A stretch of 64,000 bases of DNA from Ascoidea asiatica JCM 7603 (taxonomy: Eukaryota; Fungi; Ascomycota), in NCBI GenBank assembly GCA_001600695.1, contig BCKQ01000004.1, positions 291,413 through 355,412 of the forward strand. The letters are read 5' to 3'. A program made the position numbers and the translations under genes. Below the pieces are notes generated by a model. The model ran no database searches. It was not told where the DNA came from and was given only the letters and a program-made list of their open reading frames with translations. Position 1 is the stretch's first letter, and each line of letters opens with the position of its first letter. This document shows positions 43,418-58,408 of this stretch, piece by piece.

Positions 43418-46400
43418 ATGAACATGTCATTGGAAACCCTACCACCTCATTTAAGAATAAATAAAATATTTGGAACCTCTGCTCATAATCATTCATGCTT
43501 TGCTGTAATAAATAATCAGATCGCCTACACTGCAAGTGGTGGAGTTGTTGTTTGCAGGATTGTCGATGGAAAAATAGAAAATCAGAGATTTTTTTGTGCA
43601 AATATATTAAATTCTTCCAGTCAAACCAATAATGCAATTGTTGTAAATCTCAATTATTACAACTATCTAATGAATAATAATAGCACGGATAATGTCGACT
43701 CTTTTTTGAATTCTGCTTTCCATCAATTTGTGAACAGTTGTGATTCTTCTATAAATTCACCTTTTTCTTCGAATTCCAGCTCATTTCTAAATAAAAAAGA
43801 CATGTTTGGTTTTCCAAAACTCAAAACTCCAATTCAATTTTCAAATTATACAAACACTTCAAACTCACTTCTTACAACAAATTATTCAGTTTCTGAAGAC
43901 CTAAGTAATGGATTGACATCTAGTTTAAATGGATCTATTGACCCATTGAAAAATAAAATTGAATTGAGCGTTAATCACTCACCAAAATCTACCAAAAAAA
44001 CTTCAGCATACACATCTTCATCAAATACTTCTAAATTTAAAGATAGGATAAGAACCATAAACTGCTTAGCATTATCTTTCGATGAGAAATTGTTGGCAGT
44101 TGGAGAATTAGGGTATCAGCCTAGAGTTCTATTATATTCTTTAGCGGCTGACTCAAATGATCATCCGTTTGCGATTATTTTGGAACATCAATATGGAATA
44201 AATTCTTTAGCATTTTCTCCAAACAATAAATATTTAGCTTCTTTAGGTGTTTCCAATGACGGGTTTTTACATGTTTGGAAAATATCTAATTCAAATTCTT
44301 CAAAATTTTCATTAAGACTAATTGAGAGTAATAAATGTAGTTGCTTAATAAATGATATGTTTTGGTTAAATCATTCAATTATAACTTTAGGATTGAGAAA
44401 TATAAGGATTTGGAAAGTGCAGAACGAAGACCGAAAACGAAAAGATACTTTTAATCAGATATCTAAAACTTTAGTATTAAAAAGTAAAAATGTATTACTT
44501 GGTCGATTAATAGATGAAAATTTTATATCAGGATCCATTTTGAATAAGTTTTCTATTTTCATTTTATCTGAAAGTGGAATATTATGTTCATTAAACTTGA
44601 ATCAAGATACTCTAAAATTACAAGTAATACAAAAACTTGATGATCCAAACATAATAAATTCAATTCATATTGACAAAAAAAATAAAAATTTATGGTTTGG
44701 CAAAAGTAGTTTTACTAGAATGATCCCATTACAGGATTTAAATGATCCAACATTATTACCTGAAAATAACAATCTTGGAGTTGATATATCAAATCCATCA
44801 GGTACATCACTTGCAACAAGAATATCAATAAACTCAAGTTTATCATCAAGTATGGTAGATTTAACAAATTCTTTTAGTTCCCTTTACCTTCCTGTAGGCT
44901 CTTCGTCAACTTCAAGGAAAAGTAAATCTGATATAATAGCGATTGGACAAGTAAATAATAATGAATTAGTTTATGTAAATGATCGAGAAGAAATAAATAT
45001 GGTCTCCAAAGATAATAAAACTGTAACAAGATTAATTGAACCATTATTGAAAAATCTTCAAGGGGTTAATATTTGTAGTAATCAAGATTTTATTATATGG
45101 TCAGTTGATGGTCAAATTAAAAGATATAATAAAGAAATTAATTCTATGATGTTTTTGAGGAAAATAGAATTAATTACAACAGAAACTATTGAGAATAAAT
45201 TAATTAGTGTTGATATTACAAATGAAAATGAATTAGTTCTAGGAGATAGATTGGGATTTTTAACAATATTGAATTTAGATAATAATGATTGTTTATATCA
45301 AATTAAAGCTCATGAATCATCAATAAACTGTTTAAATTATTTTTCGTATAAAGGATATTGTTTTTTGATTACAGTTAGTAGAGATAGGACTATTCAAGTC
45401 TTTTTTAAAAAAAAAACTTATAAAAAAGATTTAAAAAATGAAGATAAAAAAAATTTAGACTCAAACTATATTAAGGTTTTGAATAAAACAATGGATAAAG
45501 ATAATGAAAATATTAATGATAGTTCAAGTTTGATCGATAATGATAGTTCAAGTAATGATATAGTTTATGATGAATATGGTGAAGAAAGATCTTTTAAATA
45601 TACCGAAACTGAAAGTTTATCAGGGGATGGTGATAGGGAAGAAATCGAAGATTATAAATGGGAATTATTTCAAACATTGGCACTTCATAAAGGAAACATT
45701 TTGAAAGTTTTAAGTTATAAAAATAAATTTATTGTTTGCTCATCAGATAGATCAATATCTATACACTCAATTGAAATTGAAAAAATAAAAATGAATAGTG
45801 ATAAAAATTCATGGGATGATACTTTTATTCTAGATGATGAAGAAAGTATTATAGAACTTGAAGATAAATATGAAGATGATATTGAAATTTATTTAGAAAA
45901 AATAATTAATATTAAAAATTCGCCAATTAATATGAAATTAATAGATGATGAATTAGTAATATCAACAATTGATAAACAATTATTGGTTTATGAGCTAAAA
46001 GAATTTGAATTGATTAAAAGTTTGAAATTATTCAAAGATAATAGTGCAGGAACTGTAGGGCTTACAGGATTCAATAATAATAATAATATTGGAGGAATTG
46101 AAGGAAGTAATGGAAATTGGAGTAATGGAAATGGGAGTATTGGCAATATTGGGAATAATGGTAATGGAAACAGTAATGGTAATGGGAATATATTTGGGAA
46201 TATTAATATGAATGGAAATAATAAAGAATCATTGTTAATTGAAAATTTTATAATTTTAAAAAAATTAGATATTATAATATGTGCATGTGCTGATAAAAGT
46301 ATAAGAACATTTGAATATAGTAATGGTAAATCCTTGACAGTTAATTGGGGACATTCAGAAACAGTTTCTGGACTAGTTTTAATCAAAAATATCATTAAAA

Positions 46401-47353
46401 ATGAAGAAGAAGATATTAAACAAGATAATAAATCATGCAAAGAAGTTAAATTTGTTTCAATAAGTAATGATGGATGTTTATTTGAGTGGGACTTGATTGT
46501 TGATGGTATTATAAGAAATAAATTTGGAAATATAATAGGAAATGATAGTAATAATAATAAAAATAAATATGGTAAGAATGGTAAAAATGATAAAAATGGT
46601 AATTCAATAGCGATGTCACCATTATTTCAAAAAGTTAGTAGAAAAATAAGGAAAGTTCAGCCATTTCATTATCAGAATAAAAATAAGAGTATAAACACGA
46701 ATATTAGTCTGAATAGTCTGAATGTTAGTCTGAATCTGAATTTGAGTATAAATAGTATATCAAGAGTAGATTCTAGACGATCATTATCATCAAGCTCATT
46801 TACTTTGAGAAAAAGTCAAAGTCAAAATCAAGTTCAAGTTCAAGATCAAGATCAAAATGTGAATATGAATGTGAAACTGAGATTGAATTTAAAGTCAAAT
46901 AGAAATTCAAATCAAATTCAAAGATCACGTAATAGTAGTCTTGGAGATATAAGTGGGAATAGTAACATAAGACATGCAAAAAGTATGAAAGAATTGAATG
47001 AACCCCAATTTAGAAGTAGAAGATTGACTACTAAAAAATCATACGTTGAAATAAATTCAAACAAGAATATTCTCAATAAATATGGAATAACAAATACTGA
47101 TTTTAAAAGTAGAAATTACCTAAGAACCAGTATCTCAAATAGGTCAATAATTGAGCCTATTGGAAAGATAGAAGAAAAGAATAAGAATATTGGAATTAAT
47201 CAAAGAGATTTAAAAGAGCAAAAAGAATATACATTGTCAAAAATTGAGAAATATTTGGATACAATTCGACTAAGAGTAAAGCAGAACCAATACTCTAAAA
47301 ATGAAATAGAACTCATTAAAAGTCGGTTGATTGAGACTATAAATAATATATAA
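43418..47353 (+). CDS. Large WD40 protein, WDR62/MAPKBP1-like
   Basis: KIFGTS, IAYTASGGVVV, QRFFCA, LLAVGELGYQPRVLLY, EHQYGI, LASLG..NDGFLHVW, SRDRTIQVF, WGHSE; first ATG is at 43418. Confidence 0.8.
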   Translation: MNMSLETLPPHLRINKIFGTSAHNHSCFAVINNQIAYTASGGVVVCRIVDGKIENQRFFCANILNSSSQTNNAIVVNLNYYNYLMNNNSTDNVDSFLNSAFHQFVNSCDSSINSPFSSNSSSFLNKKDMFGFPKLKTPIQFSNYTNTSNSLLTTNYSVSEDLSNGLTSSLNGSIDPLKNKIELSVNHSPKSTKKTSAYTSSSNTSKFKDRIRTINCLALSFDEKLLAVGELGYQPRVLLYSLAADSNDHPFAIILEHQYGINSLAFSPNNKYLASLGVSNDGFLHVWKISNSNSSKFSLRLIESNKCSCLINDMFWLNHSIITLGLRNIRIWKVQNEDRKRKDTFNQISKTLVLKSKNVLLGRLIDENFISGSILNKFSIFILSESGILCSLNLNQDTLKLQVIQKLDDPNIINSIHIDKKNKNLWFGKSSFTRMIPLQDLNDPTLLPENNNLGVDISNPSGTSLATRISINSSLSSSMVDLTNSFSSLYLPVGSSSTSRKSKSDIIAIGQVNNNELVYVNDREEINMVSKDNKTVTRLIEPLLKNLQGVNICSNQDFIIWSVDGQIKRYNKEINSMMFLRKIELITTETIENKLISVDITNENELVLGDRLGFLTILNLDNNDCLYQIKAHESSINCLNYFSYKGYCFLITVSRDRTIQVFFKKKTYKKDLKNEDKKNLDSNYIKVLNKTMDKDNENINDSSSLIDNDSSSNDIVYDEYGEERSFKYTETESLSGDGDREEIEDYKWELFQTLALHKGNILKVLSYKNKFIVCSSDRSISIHSIEIEKIKMNSDKNSWDDTFILDDEESIIELEDKYEDDIEIYLEKIINIKNSPINMKLIDDELVISTIDKQLLVYELKEFELIKSLKLFKDNSAGTVGLTGFNNNNNIGGIEGSNGNWSNGNGSIGNIGNNGNGNSNGNGNIFGNINMNGNNKESLLIENFIILKKLDIIICACADKSIRTFEYSNGKSLTVNWGHSETVSGLVLIKNIIKNEEEDIKQDNKSCKEVKFVSISNDGCLFEWDLIVDGIIRNKFGNIIGNDSNNNKNKYGKNGKNDKNGNSIAMSPLFQKVSRKIRKVQPFHYQNKNKSINTNISLNSLNVSLNLNLSINSISRVDSRRSLSSSSFTLRKSQSQNQVQVQDQDQNVNMNVKLRLNLKSNRNSNQIQRSRNSSLGDISGNSNIRHAKSMKELNEPQFRSRRLTTKKSYVEINSNKNILNKYGITNTDFKSRNYLRTSISNRSIIEPIGKIEEKNKNIGINQRDLKEQKEYTLSKIEKYLDTIRLRVKQNQYSKNEIELIKSRLIETINNI

Positions 47354-48344
47354 TTTGAAAAAAATAAAAACAAAATTAAAAAAAAGAAAGATTTAAATTC
47401 ATATTGTTAAGTAAAAATTCCTACTACTAGAATTAAGAAAAAAGGGACCAATTTGGTGGGTCTCCTAAAAGTTGATCAAATTGCAAAATTCCAAAATAGA
47501 AACAATGTTACATAATTACAGGTGATGCAGAATAGACAATGCGGATCTAAGACGGAGTTACCATCATTTTTAGTGTATACGCAGCGGGTCCCGGACGTTA
47601 AACAAAGCACCGTCAGGCTGGATTTGGCTCAGCTCGTAGTCTGGTCTTGTGACATGTGACTTTTCGCGTGACATAGTGGGCTAGAAGGGTGGATTGAAAA
47701 GCGAATCTCAAGCGCTATCAGATTTGCCTCCAACTTCGAGCGCGCTTGGGGGCCACCGCAGCCGTTAACTATGAGTTAACTGTTAAGTGTCTGGACCTAA
47801 TATTGAAGCAAGCAAAGTCAGAAAATACTTCACTACTGCAGACCGCTGAATAAATAAATTAAATGGCGTTAGTAAATTAAATCAGCAAATTAAATCACTC
47901 CTCCCAGCAGTGGTACTAGTAATAAGTTACAGTACAAAAGAGAGTCCCTTTTCAAATCTACACCGCTTAACTACTGAGTTATTACTCTGATTACTGTTGA
48001 TGTTAATCTCAATACCGAATTAAAATCAATTTTAAATATCTTCCTTCATTTTAATTCTTTTTCTTTCTAAAATCTTTTTGAAATCTTCTTTTTAATATTT
48101 TTTTTATTGATCTTTTATAAATCGTTTATAAGTCTTTTATAATTCTTTTATATTCTTTTATTTCTCATACCCTTTATCCTTCATATTGTATCTTTCCGTT
48201 TTCAATATTCTTTTTCAGCGTTAAGCCTTACGTATTGATATAATTTAATTCCATTCAGTTTCTTTTTCCATTAAAATAATTCTCTTTCTGGTATTCTTTT
48301 TATAAATAAATATCCACTCATATTCAATATATTATATAATAAAA

Positions 48345-49514
48345 ATGTTTAAACTTGTTCAAGGTGCTCTTTCTTCTTATACTGGTATAGTAGCAGAACC
48401 CGAATATGGTAAAGAAGCATTTCATTCAATATCTGAAACTGTTAAAGATAAACAACCTTTTAGAGAAGCTTTAAGAAAAGATTTAGAATGGCAAGCTCCA
48501 CCTTCAACAAATGTTGAGACTCAAACTTTCTATTTTTCTTGTGAAAAATCTGGTTATCTGGGATTTTGTCAAGTTATTCATTCCATTATTGTTGGTAACG
48601 TTTACACAACCGCTCAATTTACTTTTAGAATATTTAATAAAAATGATAGTAGTGATACTGTTTGGACTTCAACTCATTTAGAAGATTTTATGATTAAAGG
48701 TAACAATTTTTACGCAAAAAATTTTGCAATTGAGTTAAATGAAGATTCAAACTCTTATACTTTTAAATCTGCTGTAACTGATGATTCAATCGTTGATTTA
48801 GTTATAACCAAAGAAGCTCCTGGTGTTATAATTGGTGAAAATGGTACTACAATCTATGGTACTGATATAAAAAATCCTTGGGGTACAATGAGACATGTAT
48901 TTTGGCCAAGAAACAATTGTAAAGGTACAATAAAATTAGGTGAAAAAGAATTAGATATTGAAGGTAAATCAATGTTTGTTATGGCTTTACAAGGTATGAA
49001 ACCTCATCACGCTGCTAAATCTTGGAATTTTTTAAATTATCAAGGTCCTCATTATTCTGCAATTCAAATGGAATTTACTACTCCAAATTCTTATGCTAAT
49101 ACTAAAGTAACCGTTGGTATTTTAGTTAAAGATGATAAAATCCTTGCTGCAACTATTGATAATAATGCCATTCATCAGAATACTGAAATTGATAAAGAAG
49201 TTGGTTGGCCTGTTCCTAAATCAATTGAATATACTTTTAATGGGGTTTCTTCTGATTCAACTGATGAGCAAATTAAAGATAATACTGCAAAAAAAGTATC
49301 TGCAAAACTTAATGGTGATTTAAAAACTTTAGTTTTAAGAATTGATGTAATGGGTGAAATTCCAGGTTTTGTTAAAAGTTTAGCCGGTGTTGTAGCTGGT
49401 ACAAAACCTTTTATTTATCAATGGATTAATCCTTATGATTTCGAAATAACTTATGATGGTCAATCTACATCTGAAAAAGGTTTATGTTGGAACGAAGCAA
49501 CTTTTATTTCATGA
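48345..49514 (+). CDS. SVF1: Survival factor 1 (Svf1 family)
   Basis: TNVETQTFYF, PWGTMRHVFWPR, ALQGMKPHHAAKSWNF, GTKPFIYQW, EATFIS. Confidence 0.95.
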   Translation: MFKLVQGALSSYTGIVAEPEYGKEAFHSISETVKDKQPFREALRKDLEWQAPPSTNVETQTFYFSCEKSGYLGFCQVIHSIIVGNVYTTAQFTFRIFNKNDSSDTVWTSTHLEDFMIKGNNFYAKNFAIELNEDSNSYTFKSAVTDDSIVDLVITKEAPGVIIGENGTTIYGTDIKNPWGTMRHVFWPRNNCKGTIKLGEKELDIEGKSMFVMALQGMKPHHAAKSWNFLNYQGPHYSAIQMEFTTPNSYANTKVTVGILVKDDKILAATIDNNAIHQNTEIDKEVGWPVPKSIEYTFNGVSSDSTDEQIKDNTAKKVSAKLNGDLKTLVLRIDVMGEIPGFVKSLAGVVAGTKPFIYQWINPYDFEITYDGQSTSEKGLCWNEATFIS

Positions 49515-50271
49515 TCTCAAATTGTTCATCTATTTCCATAATAATTGTTATAATAATTATCATTATATCTCAATATCTCAATATCTATTCTAAATCTATC
49601 ATCTCATTCTATTTTCTTTAAAATTTCCTTTTCCAATTGTTATATCTTGTTGCTTATACTTTAATTAATTTTTAATTTATTAATTTTTATTTTCATTTTT
49701 ATTTTTTTAAATTAATATTAGTTTACTTAATGCTTTCTGTTTAATACTTCTTTTCTCTTTTAACTTCTGTTTTCAATTTTATTTCAATCATGCAGAACAT
49801 TAAATTTTTCAACATCTTCATTTAAAAATTATATTTATAATCTCATTTAACTCTTATTATATAAACTATATAAAAACTATAGATTTATTAGTATTACCTT
49901 TGTTATGCTAATTATCATATAATTAATCACTTTAAATAATTATCTTGTTACAATAAATATATTTATAAATTTGCATTTTTTGATTCTTGTATTATAACTT
50001 TATAATTGAAACTTATTTTTCAAAATTATTATAATTTTCCATCAACTTATCTAAGTGATAATAATATTTTTTAATATACATGACACGGAATTTAACTAAT
50101 TTTTACAGCGGTTATGTTTATTCTTTCAATAGGAGACAATACATTCTGATTTTTTTTTTAAAAAAATATCAATAGATCACCAATAATAAATTGCCTTCAA
50201 TGATAATTTATTTGTATTTAACAAAATAAAAGAACATTCAAAAATAATAAAAATATATATTAATTTAAATA

Positions 50272-51144
50272 ATGGGCGCTCTAATACATTTATTGCCTCA
50301 AAAATTCTTTGGAATATTACCTTTATTTATTGGGATAGAAATTATTTTAGGAATTGCAGTATTGAATAAATTCGCAGGAGTTTATGGAGTCTTATCTTTA
50401 TTCACTGGCCATCCAATCACTTTAATGCAATGGACTCTTAATATTTCATCAGTAATAATTTTACCTTTTTATATTAATGGGTTAAAGTATGTTCAAAAAC
50501 CTCATTTAGGAAAATTTTCACTTATTTGCACAATTTATTTAATTGATACATTATTATCAATTTTATTTATTATATATTTTTCATTATTTTGGTTTAGTAA
50601 TGAATCTCAAACAATTGAAAATGGTAGTGAAATAGCGCAAATGATGATGGATGTAAAAAGAGATGTTGCAATTGAAACAACTGTTGCCTCTATAATTAAT
50701 GAAGAAATTGCTGTTTCAACAGCCACTGTTAGTGGAATTGCCACTCCAACAGCACAATATGTAGATTCAAATCTTGCTTCTCAATCAGCTTCCCAAACAT
50801 ATGAACTTGCTATAACTTTAATGACTTCGATAGTTATTTCTGTCATTAGAGTGTATTTCTCATTGGTAGTATTAAGTTTTACAAGAGCTTTATTAAAGTC
50901 TTCAAAATATGGTGTTAATTCAGATGATTTTGCGAATTATAGAAATGGTAACTCAAATGATCATCATAGTAATGATATTCGTCTGGCGGCTGATAATGAA
51001 GATTCAACTTATGGTGATTCAGACAATCTTTTAGCATCAAATCAAAATGAAAATAATAAACCTAAAATGGGCTTTTTTGCAAAAATTATTTCTCGATTAG
51101 AAGACTTGAGTGTAAATTTTATTGTATGGCTATTTGATGAATAA
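50272..51144 (+). CDS. KEI1: Inositol phosphorylceramide synthase regulatory subunit Kei1
   Basis: LPQKFFGILPLFIGIEII, NKFAGVYGVLSLFTGHP, several TM helices, lumenal KR (Kex2-type site), QSASQTYE. Confidence 0.88.
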   Translation: MGALIHLLPQKFFGILPLFIGIEIILGIAVLNKFAGVYGVLSLFTGHPITLMQWTLNISSVIILPFYINGLKYVQKPHLGKFSLICTIYLIDTLLSILFIIYFSLFWFSNESQTIENGSEIAQMMMDVKRDVAIETTVASIINEEIAVSTATVSGIATPTAQYVDSNLASQSASQTYELAITLMTSIVISVIRVYFSLVVLSFTRALLKSSKYGVNSDDFANYRNGNSNDHHSNDIRLAADNEDSTYGDSDNLLASNQNENNKPKMGFFAKIISRLEDLSVNFIVWLFDE

Positions 51145-51545
51145 ATGTATCTATAATCTAAAACAAATTCAATATAATAATATATCCATAATGCATTAAA
51201 CTTAAATGAAATATACTGTATCATACGTTTCAGTTTCCTTAACTTACTTTAACTCATTTACCTAATTTTATATATTATCTCCATAGTTAACGTTACTAAT
51301 GCTTTTTGTAAACGATAATGTAAAATCGAAGCCGGAATTCTGGTACCCGTAAAATTTTATGTGCTTTTTAGATTTTTTAATATTTATTTCTACTGATGAA
51401 AAAATATGAAAATATCTTAGTTTTGAAAGAAATTATTTTAAGTTACAGAAATAGTTTTATATTATGAGAAGATAACAAAAACTTTTTTTTTCAATATTAT
51501 CTCTAAATTAAAAGAAAGAATAATAAGATTAGACTGTTTTTTAAT

Positions 51546-53567
51546 ATGGCGAAAAAAGAAAAGAAAACAGGTAGAAACAAAAAGATTAATATAATTGAAG
51601 ATGAAAGATTTTCCGCAGTTCATACTGACCCTAGATTCAAATCAACTAGTTCTAAAATATTCAAAACAAAACTAGATGATAGATTCAATAAGGATGAATT
51701 TGAGAAAGGCATTGATGGACATGCTCCAAAAGTAGATAGATTTGGTAGAAAGCTTAAAGATTTTAAAAATAATAATGGTAGAGAAGATGAGTTTGATAAG
51801 TATTATATCCAAGATTCAGAACAAAAAAGCGAGGATGATGAAAGTAGTGAGGAAGAAACAGGAAGTGTAGAAGAAAATGAAAAGGAATTTGATCCTGCTC
51901 GTGGAATTGGAATAAATAAATCAGATTCAGATTCAGATTCAGATTCAGACTCCGATTCAGATGCAAGTGTTGGTTCCAATGTTGATTTAGAAGGTGAAGA
52001 AAGTGAATTAGAAATTGAAGAAAAAGAGGCAGAAAAAGGTGATCCTTCTTCAATATTAGCAGTTGTAAACTTAGATTGGGACAATATAGATTCGAAAGAT
52101 TTAATGTTTGCTTTCAAAAGCTTTGTTCCAAAAAATGGAAAAATATTATCCATAACAATATTTCCCAGTGAATATGGAAAGGAAAAAATGGCAAAAGAAG
52201 AAACAGAGGGACCTTCAAGAGAATTTTTCAAATCAAAAAAAAAAACGGAAAAAAAAAAACAACCAGATTCAGATTCAGATTCAGAATCAGAATCAGATGA
52301 AGATTTAGATATTAGAACTAAAAGAGATCTAGAATCGAATAAAGAGAAAATCATAAAAACTCTTTATGAGGAAGATGAAGGAATTGATTATAATTCCAAA
52401 GATCTTCGAAGATATCAGTTACAACGTTTAAGATATTATTATGCAATAGTAAGATGTGATTCATTATCGACAGCTGAAGAAATATATGCAAATTGTGATG
52501 GTCTTGAATATGAATCTACAGCAAATTTTTTTGATTTGAGATATGTACCTGAAGATATGGAGTTCGATGAATCAGAAAAAAGAGATTCATGCTCAAAATT
52601 ACCTGCTGAATATAAACCAAAAGCTGAATTTGTTACAACTGCATTACAACACTCAAAAGTTAAATTGACTTGGGATGAAACCCCAATTGAAAGAAATCAA
52701 ATGACTAATAGGGCATTCAATCAAAAAGAAATTGAAGAAATGGATTTTAAAGCCTATTTGGCTAGTGACAGTGAAGATGAAAATGAAAAAGAGGATACTA
52801 ATAATAATAATAACAAAAACAATAAAGACATATATAAAAAACTAGTTGCTAGTAGTTTAATGATAGGAAATAAATCAATATTTGATAATGGTAAAGATTC
52901 GGAAAAGGATATTGATTTGGAAATAACATTTACTCCTGGTCTAACAAATGAAGGTAAAGCTGAAAAAGATTTTATTGAGAAAGAGGAGACTACAATTGAG
53001 AGATATAAACGTAAAGCCAGCGAACGTCGTAAAAATCGTCAAGAAAATATTAAAATACAGCAAGAAAAAGAAAAAGAAGAGAGAAAGGAAAAAAAATATA
53101 AGAGCAAAAGTGATCGTTTCAATCAAAAAAATAAAATTGATGAAGATCCTGAATCTACTAAAGAACTTCAAAAATTACTAGATGACGAAAATAAAAGTGA
53201 AAAACATTTCAATCTTAAAGAGATAATGAAAAGAGAAAAGTCTGAAAAGAGAAAAAATAAGAAGAAATATAAAAATAAGTTTAATCAAGAACCAGATGAA
53301 GGTAATCAAGAATTCAAAATTGATATGGATGATAACCGTTTCACTGAAATTTTTGATGATCATGACTTCGCAATTGATCCTAATGAACCAGAATTTAAGA
53401 AAACAAATGCAATGATGAAAGTTTTGGAAGAAAGAAATAAGAGACAGAAGGAAAAAAAAAGCAAAAAAAATCCTGCATCAGAAAAACTTAACTTTAAAAA
53501 ACGAAAGATTGATAAAGATGATGTTAGTTCCATGGTCAAACGAATTCATAATAAGTATAAAAAGTGA
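51546..53567 (+). CDS. ESF1: Pre-rRNA processing protein Esf1
   Basis: DPRF, LAVVNLDWD, PSEYGKE, LRRYQLQRLRYYYA, FFDLRYVP, LTWDE, FAIDP (NUC153); (GATTCA)n Asp-Ser repeats. Confidence 0.95.
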   Translation: MAKKEKKTGRNKKINIIEDERFSAVHTDPRFKSTSSKIFKTKLDDRFNKDEFEKGIDGHAPKVDRFGRKLKDFKNNNGREDEFDKYYIQDSEQKSEDDESSEEETGSVEENEKEFDPARGIGINKSDSDSDSDSDSDSDASVGSNVDLEGEESELEIEEKEAEKGDPSSILAVVNLDWDNIDSKDLMFAFKSFVPKNGKILSITIFPSEYGKEKMAKEETEGPSREFFKSKKKTEKKKQPDSDSDSESESDEDLDIRTKRDLESNKEKIIKTLYEEDEGIDYNSKDLRRYQLQRLRYYYAIVRCDSLSTAEEIYANCDGLEYESTANFFDLRYVPEDMEFDESEKRDSCSKLPAEYKPKAEFVTTALQHSKVKLTWDETPIERNQMTNRAFNQKEIEEMDFKAYLASDSEDENEKEDTNNNNNKNNKDIYKKLVASSLMIGNKSIFDNGKDSEKDIDLEITFTPGLTNEGKAEKDFIEKEETTIERYKRKASERRKNRQENIKIQQEKEKEERKEKKYKSKSDRFNQKNKIDEDPESTKELQKLLDDENKSEKHFNLKEIMKREKSEKRKNKKKYKNKFNQEPDEGNQEFKIDMDDNRFTEIFDDHDFAIDPNEPEFKKTNAMMKVLEERNKRQKEKKSKKNPASEKLNFKKRKIDKDDVSSMVKRIHNKYKK

Positions 53568-54207
53568 TTTGAAGTTTGGTAAAAAAAATAAAACATTAAA
53601 TAGTAATCCTTTATATAGTATTCTACTTTAAAGTTTAACAGTAAATGCTGGAGTTTTTTTCGAATATCATATCAAATTATGACTGAACTCTGGGCTATAA
53701 TTTAAGCCACTGAAGATCTTAGATTAATTAATATACTGAACTTGATTTTAGTTTTTGACATTAAAGATTTATCAATTTTATTTCTGTAGTTTTGTTCTAC
53801 AAATTAAATGAATAAATAAAATATATTTTTTTTATTTTACAATACGTTTGGCAAGAAAGAACTTTCATAAACCTTATCATGCCATAACAAAAAAAAATAT
53901 ATAGCAAGTACGGTCACATGACCGCATAATTTGCTTTTAGCGAATTGAAAGTATGGAATTATGAATTTGAAAATAAAGTATGAGATTGTGCAAAGCAGAA
54001 GAATCAAAACAAGCACCTCACAAGAATCATTTATTTCTCAGATACGAAAGAGAAAAGCAGTGAAGAAACTGATCTGTTGAAAAAAAAGTAAACTCAAAGA
54101 AGGTTTGATAATTCAATTTGATTCCATTGGGCATGGATAATTGTTTGACTGAGACCTTTTGATTGCCCGTTAATTTAAATAAAGAAAGCATCAGTATCGA
54201 TACAGTA

Positions 54208-56871
<2,664 letters not shown>

Positions 56872-57721
56872 TGTTATTATATTTATTTTATTCATTTTTG
56901 CATTTATTTTTTGCTCATTTTATTTATTTATCTCTTACCGTTTCAAAATCCTTTATATTTTTATTTTTTTTTTCTTGCAAATTGTACAAATTCATTAAGC
57001 ATTTCCAATTCCGATTCCAATACTAATTCTAATTTTCATTTTTATTCTTATTCTCATTCTTATTCTTATAATTATTATACCAGTAATTGTTATTCTGATT
57101 TTATATCTGAATCAAGTTCTGAGTTGATTTTACATAGATTTCAGATCTCAGATTTTAAATAATAGATACAATCACAACTTGTTTATAGATTAAAACAGCA
57201 AAAAGAGGAGTACCAAATAACAGGATTCATCCAGATTACAGGACAAAACACTGTAATGCCTCAAATAACATTGAGATACTGCTACCGCTGATGTGGTACT
57301 ACTATGCTGTTCCACTAAGTTAGTGTTAGTTCGAGAATAGCGAGCAATTGCACTTTGTTTCCCTTGCACGATGGGCAATTGCCATTAAATGAATCAATTG
57401 ACTATTATCAATACGAGCCATACACATGCAGAGACATTTGCTCTTACTCCTGGATGAGATGGTGTTCGCAGGGTCACATCTCCAACCTATCGATTTGAAG
57501 ATAAACTATTAAATTGATTAAGTTTCGAGAAATATTCCTCTTTATCGTATAGATTTGAAAGTATTTTAATTCAATTTGTATTGTCATCAATTTCTATAAT
57601 AAATCAATTAGATAATTTTCAATTACTTTTTCGATAAGCCAGTATATTATACGGTAGAATTGGAATATAAGATATTTATATAATCAAGTGCAATAACAAG
57701 AAAAATCAAAAATTTTAGTTT

Positions 57722-58060
57722 ATGAGAAGAACAGTTTCAAGAATGGTTGAATGGTTAGTTGTAGTTTATGATAAACCAGGTAGTGATCGTAGTAAATTTA
57801 GACCACAACATTTAGCTGCAATTCCACCAACGGTTGAATCTGGTAAAGTTACAAATGTTGGAGCTATATTTAATGAAATTCCGGAACCTGGAAAGCCATT
57901 AAATTTTGCAGGTAGTACATATAATATTGAAGCAGACACTAAAGAAGATGTTATTGAATTCGTTAAACAAGATATTTTTGCTAAAGAAGGTATTTGGGAT
58001 CTTGAGAATATGTTAATATTTCCATATTCTTGTGCTGCTAGAATTGCAAAGAAGAAATAA
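57722..58060 (+). CDS. YCII-related domain protein
   Basis: EWLVVVYDKPG, RPQHL, GAI, FAGS, DIFAKEGIWD. Confidence 0.85.
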   Translation: MRRTVSRMVEWLVVVYDKPGSDRSKFRPQHLAAIPPTVESGKVTNVGAIFNEIPEPGKPLNFAGSTYNIEADTKEDVIEFVKQDIFAKEGIWDLENMLIFPYSCAARIAKKK

Positions 58061-58408
58061 TTAATTCTTTATTTCAATTTACTTTTTCTTCCAAAATTTT
58101 TTTTTTTTGAGTAGTTTAAAATAATTCTTTTTACATTAATAACAAATTGATTAAACAAATTGAAATAAATTAATAAATATAAGCTAAGAATGAAAAAAAA
58201 AAGTCCAAAAAAAATAGTGTAAAGTGAATTATTGTATCATTTTATTAAAAATTAATTGTATTCAATTGTATTTATTGAATTGAATTGTAGTGAATTGTAG
58301 AGAATTGATTGTAATGTACGAATTACACCTGTAGAATTGATACTTTAAAATAAGGAGAACAATAATGATAAAAATAATAAAAGATAATGATTAACATAAT
58401 GAATATGA

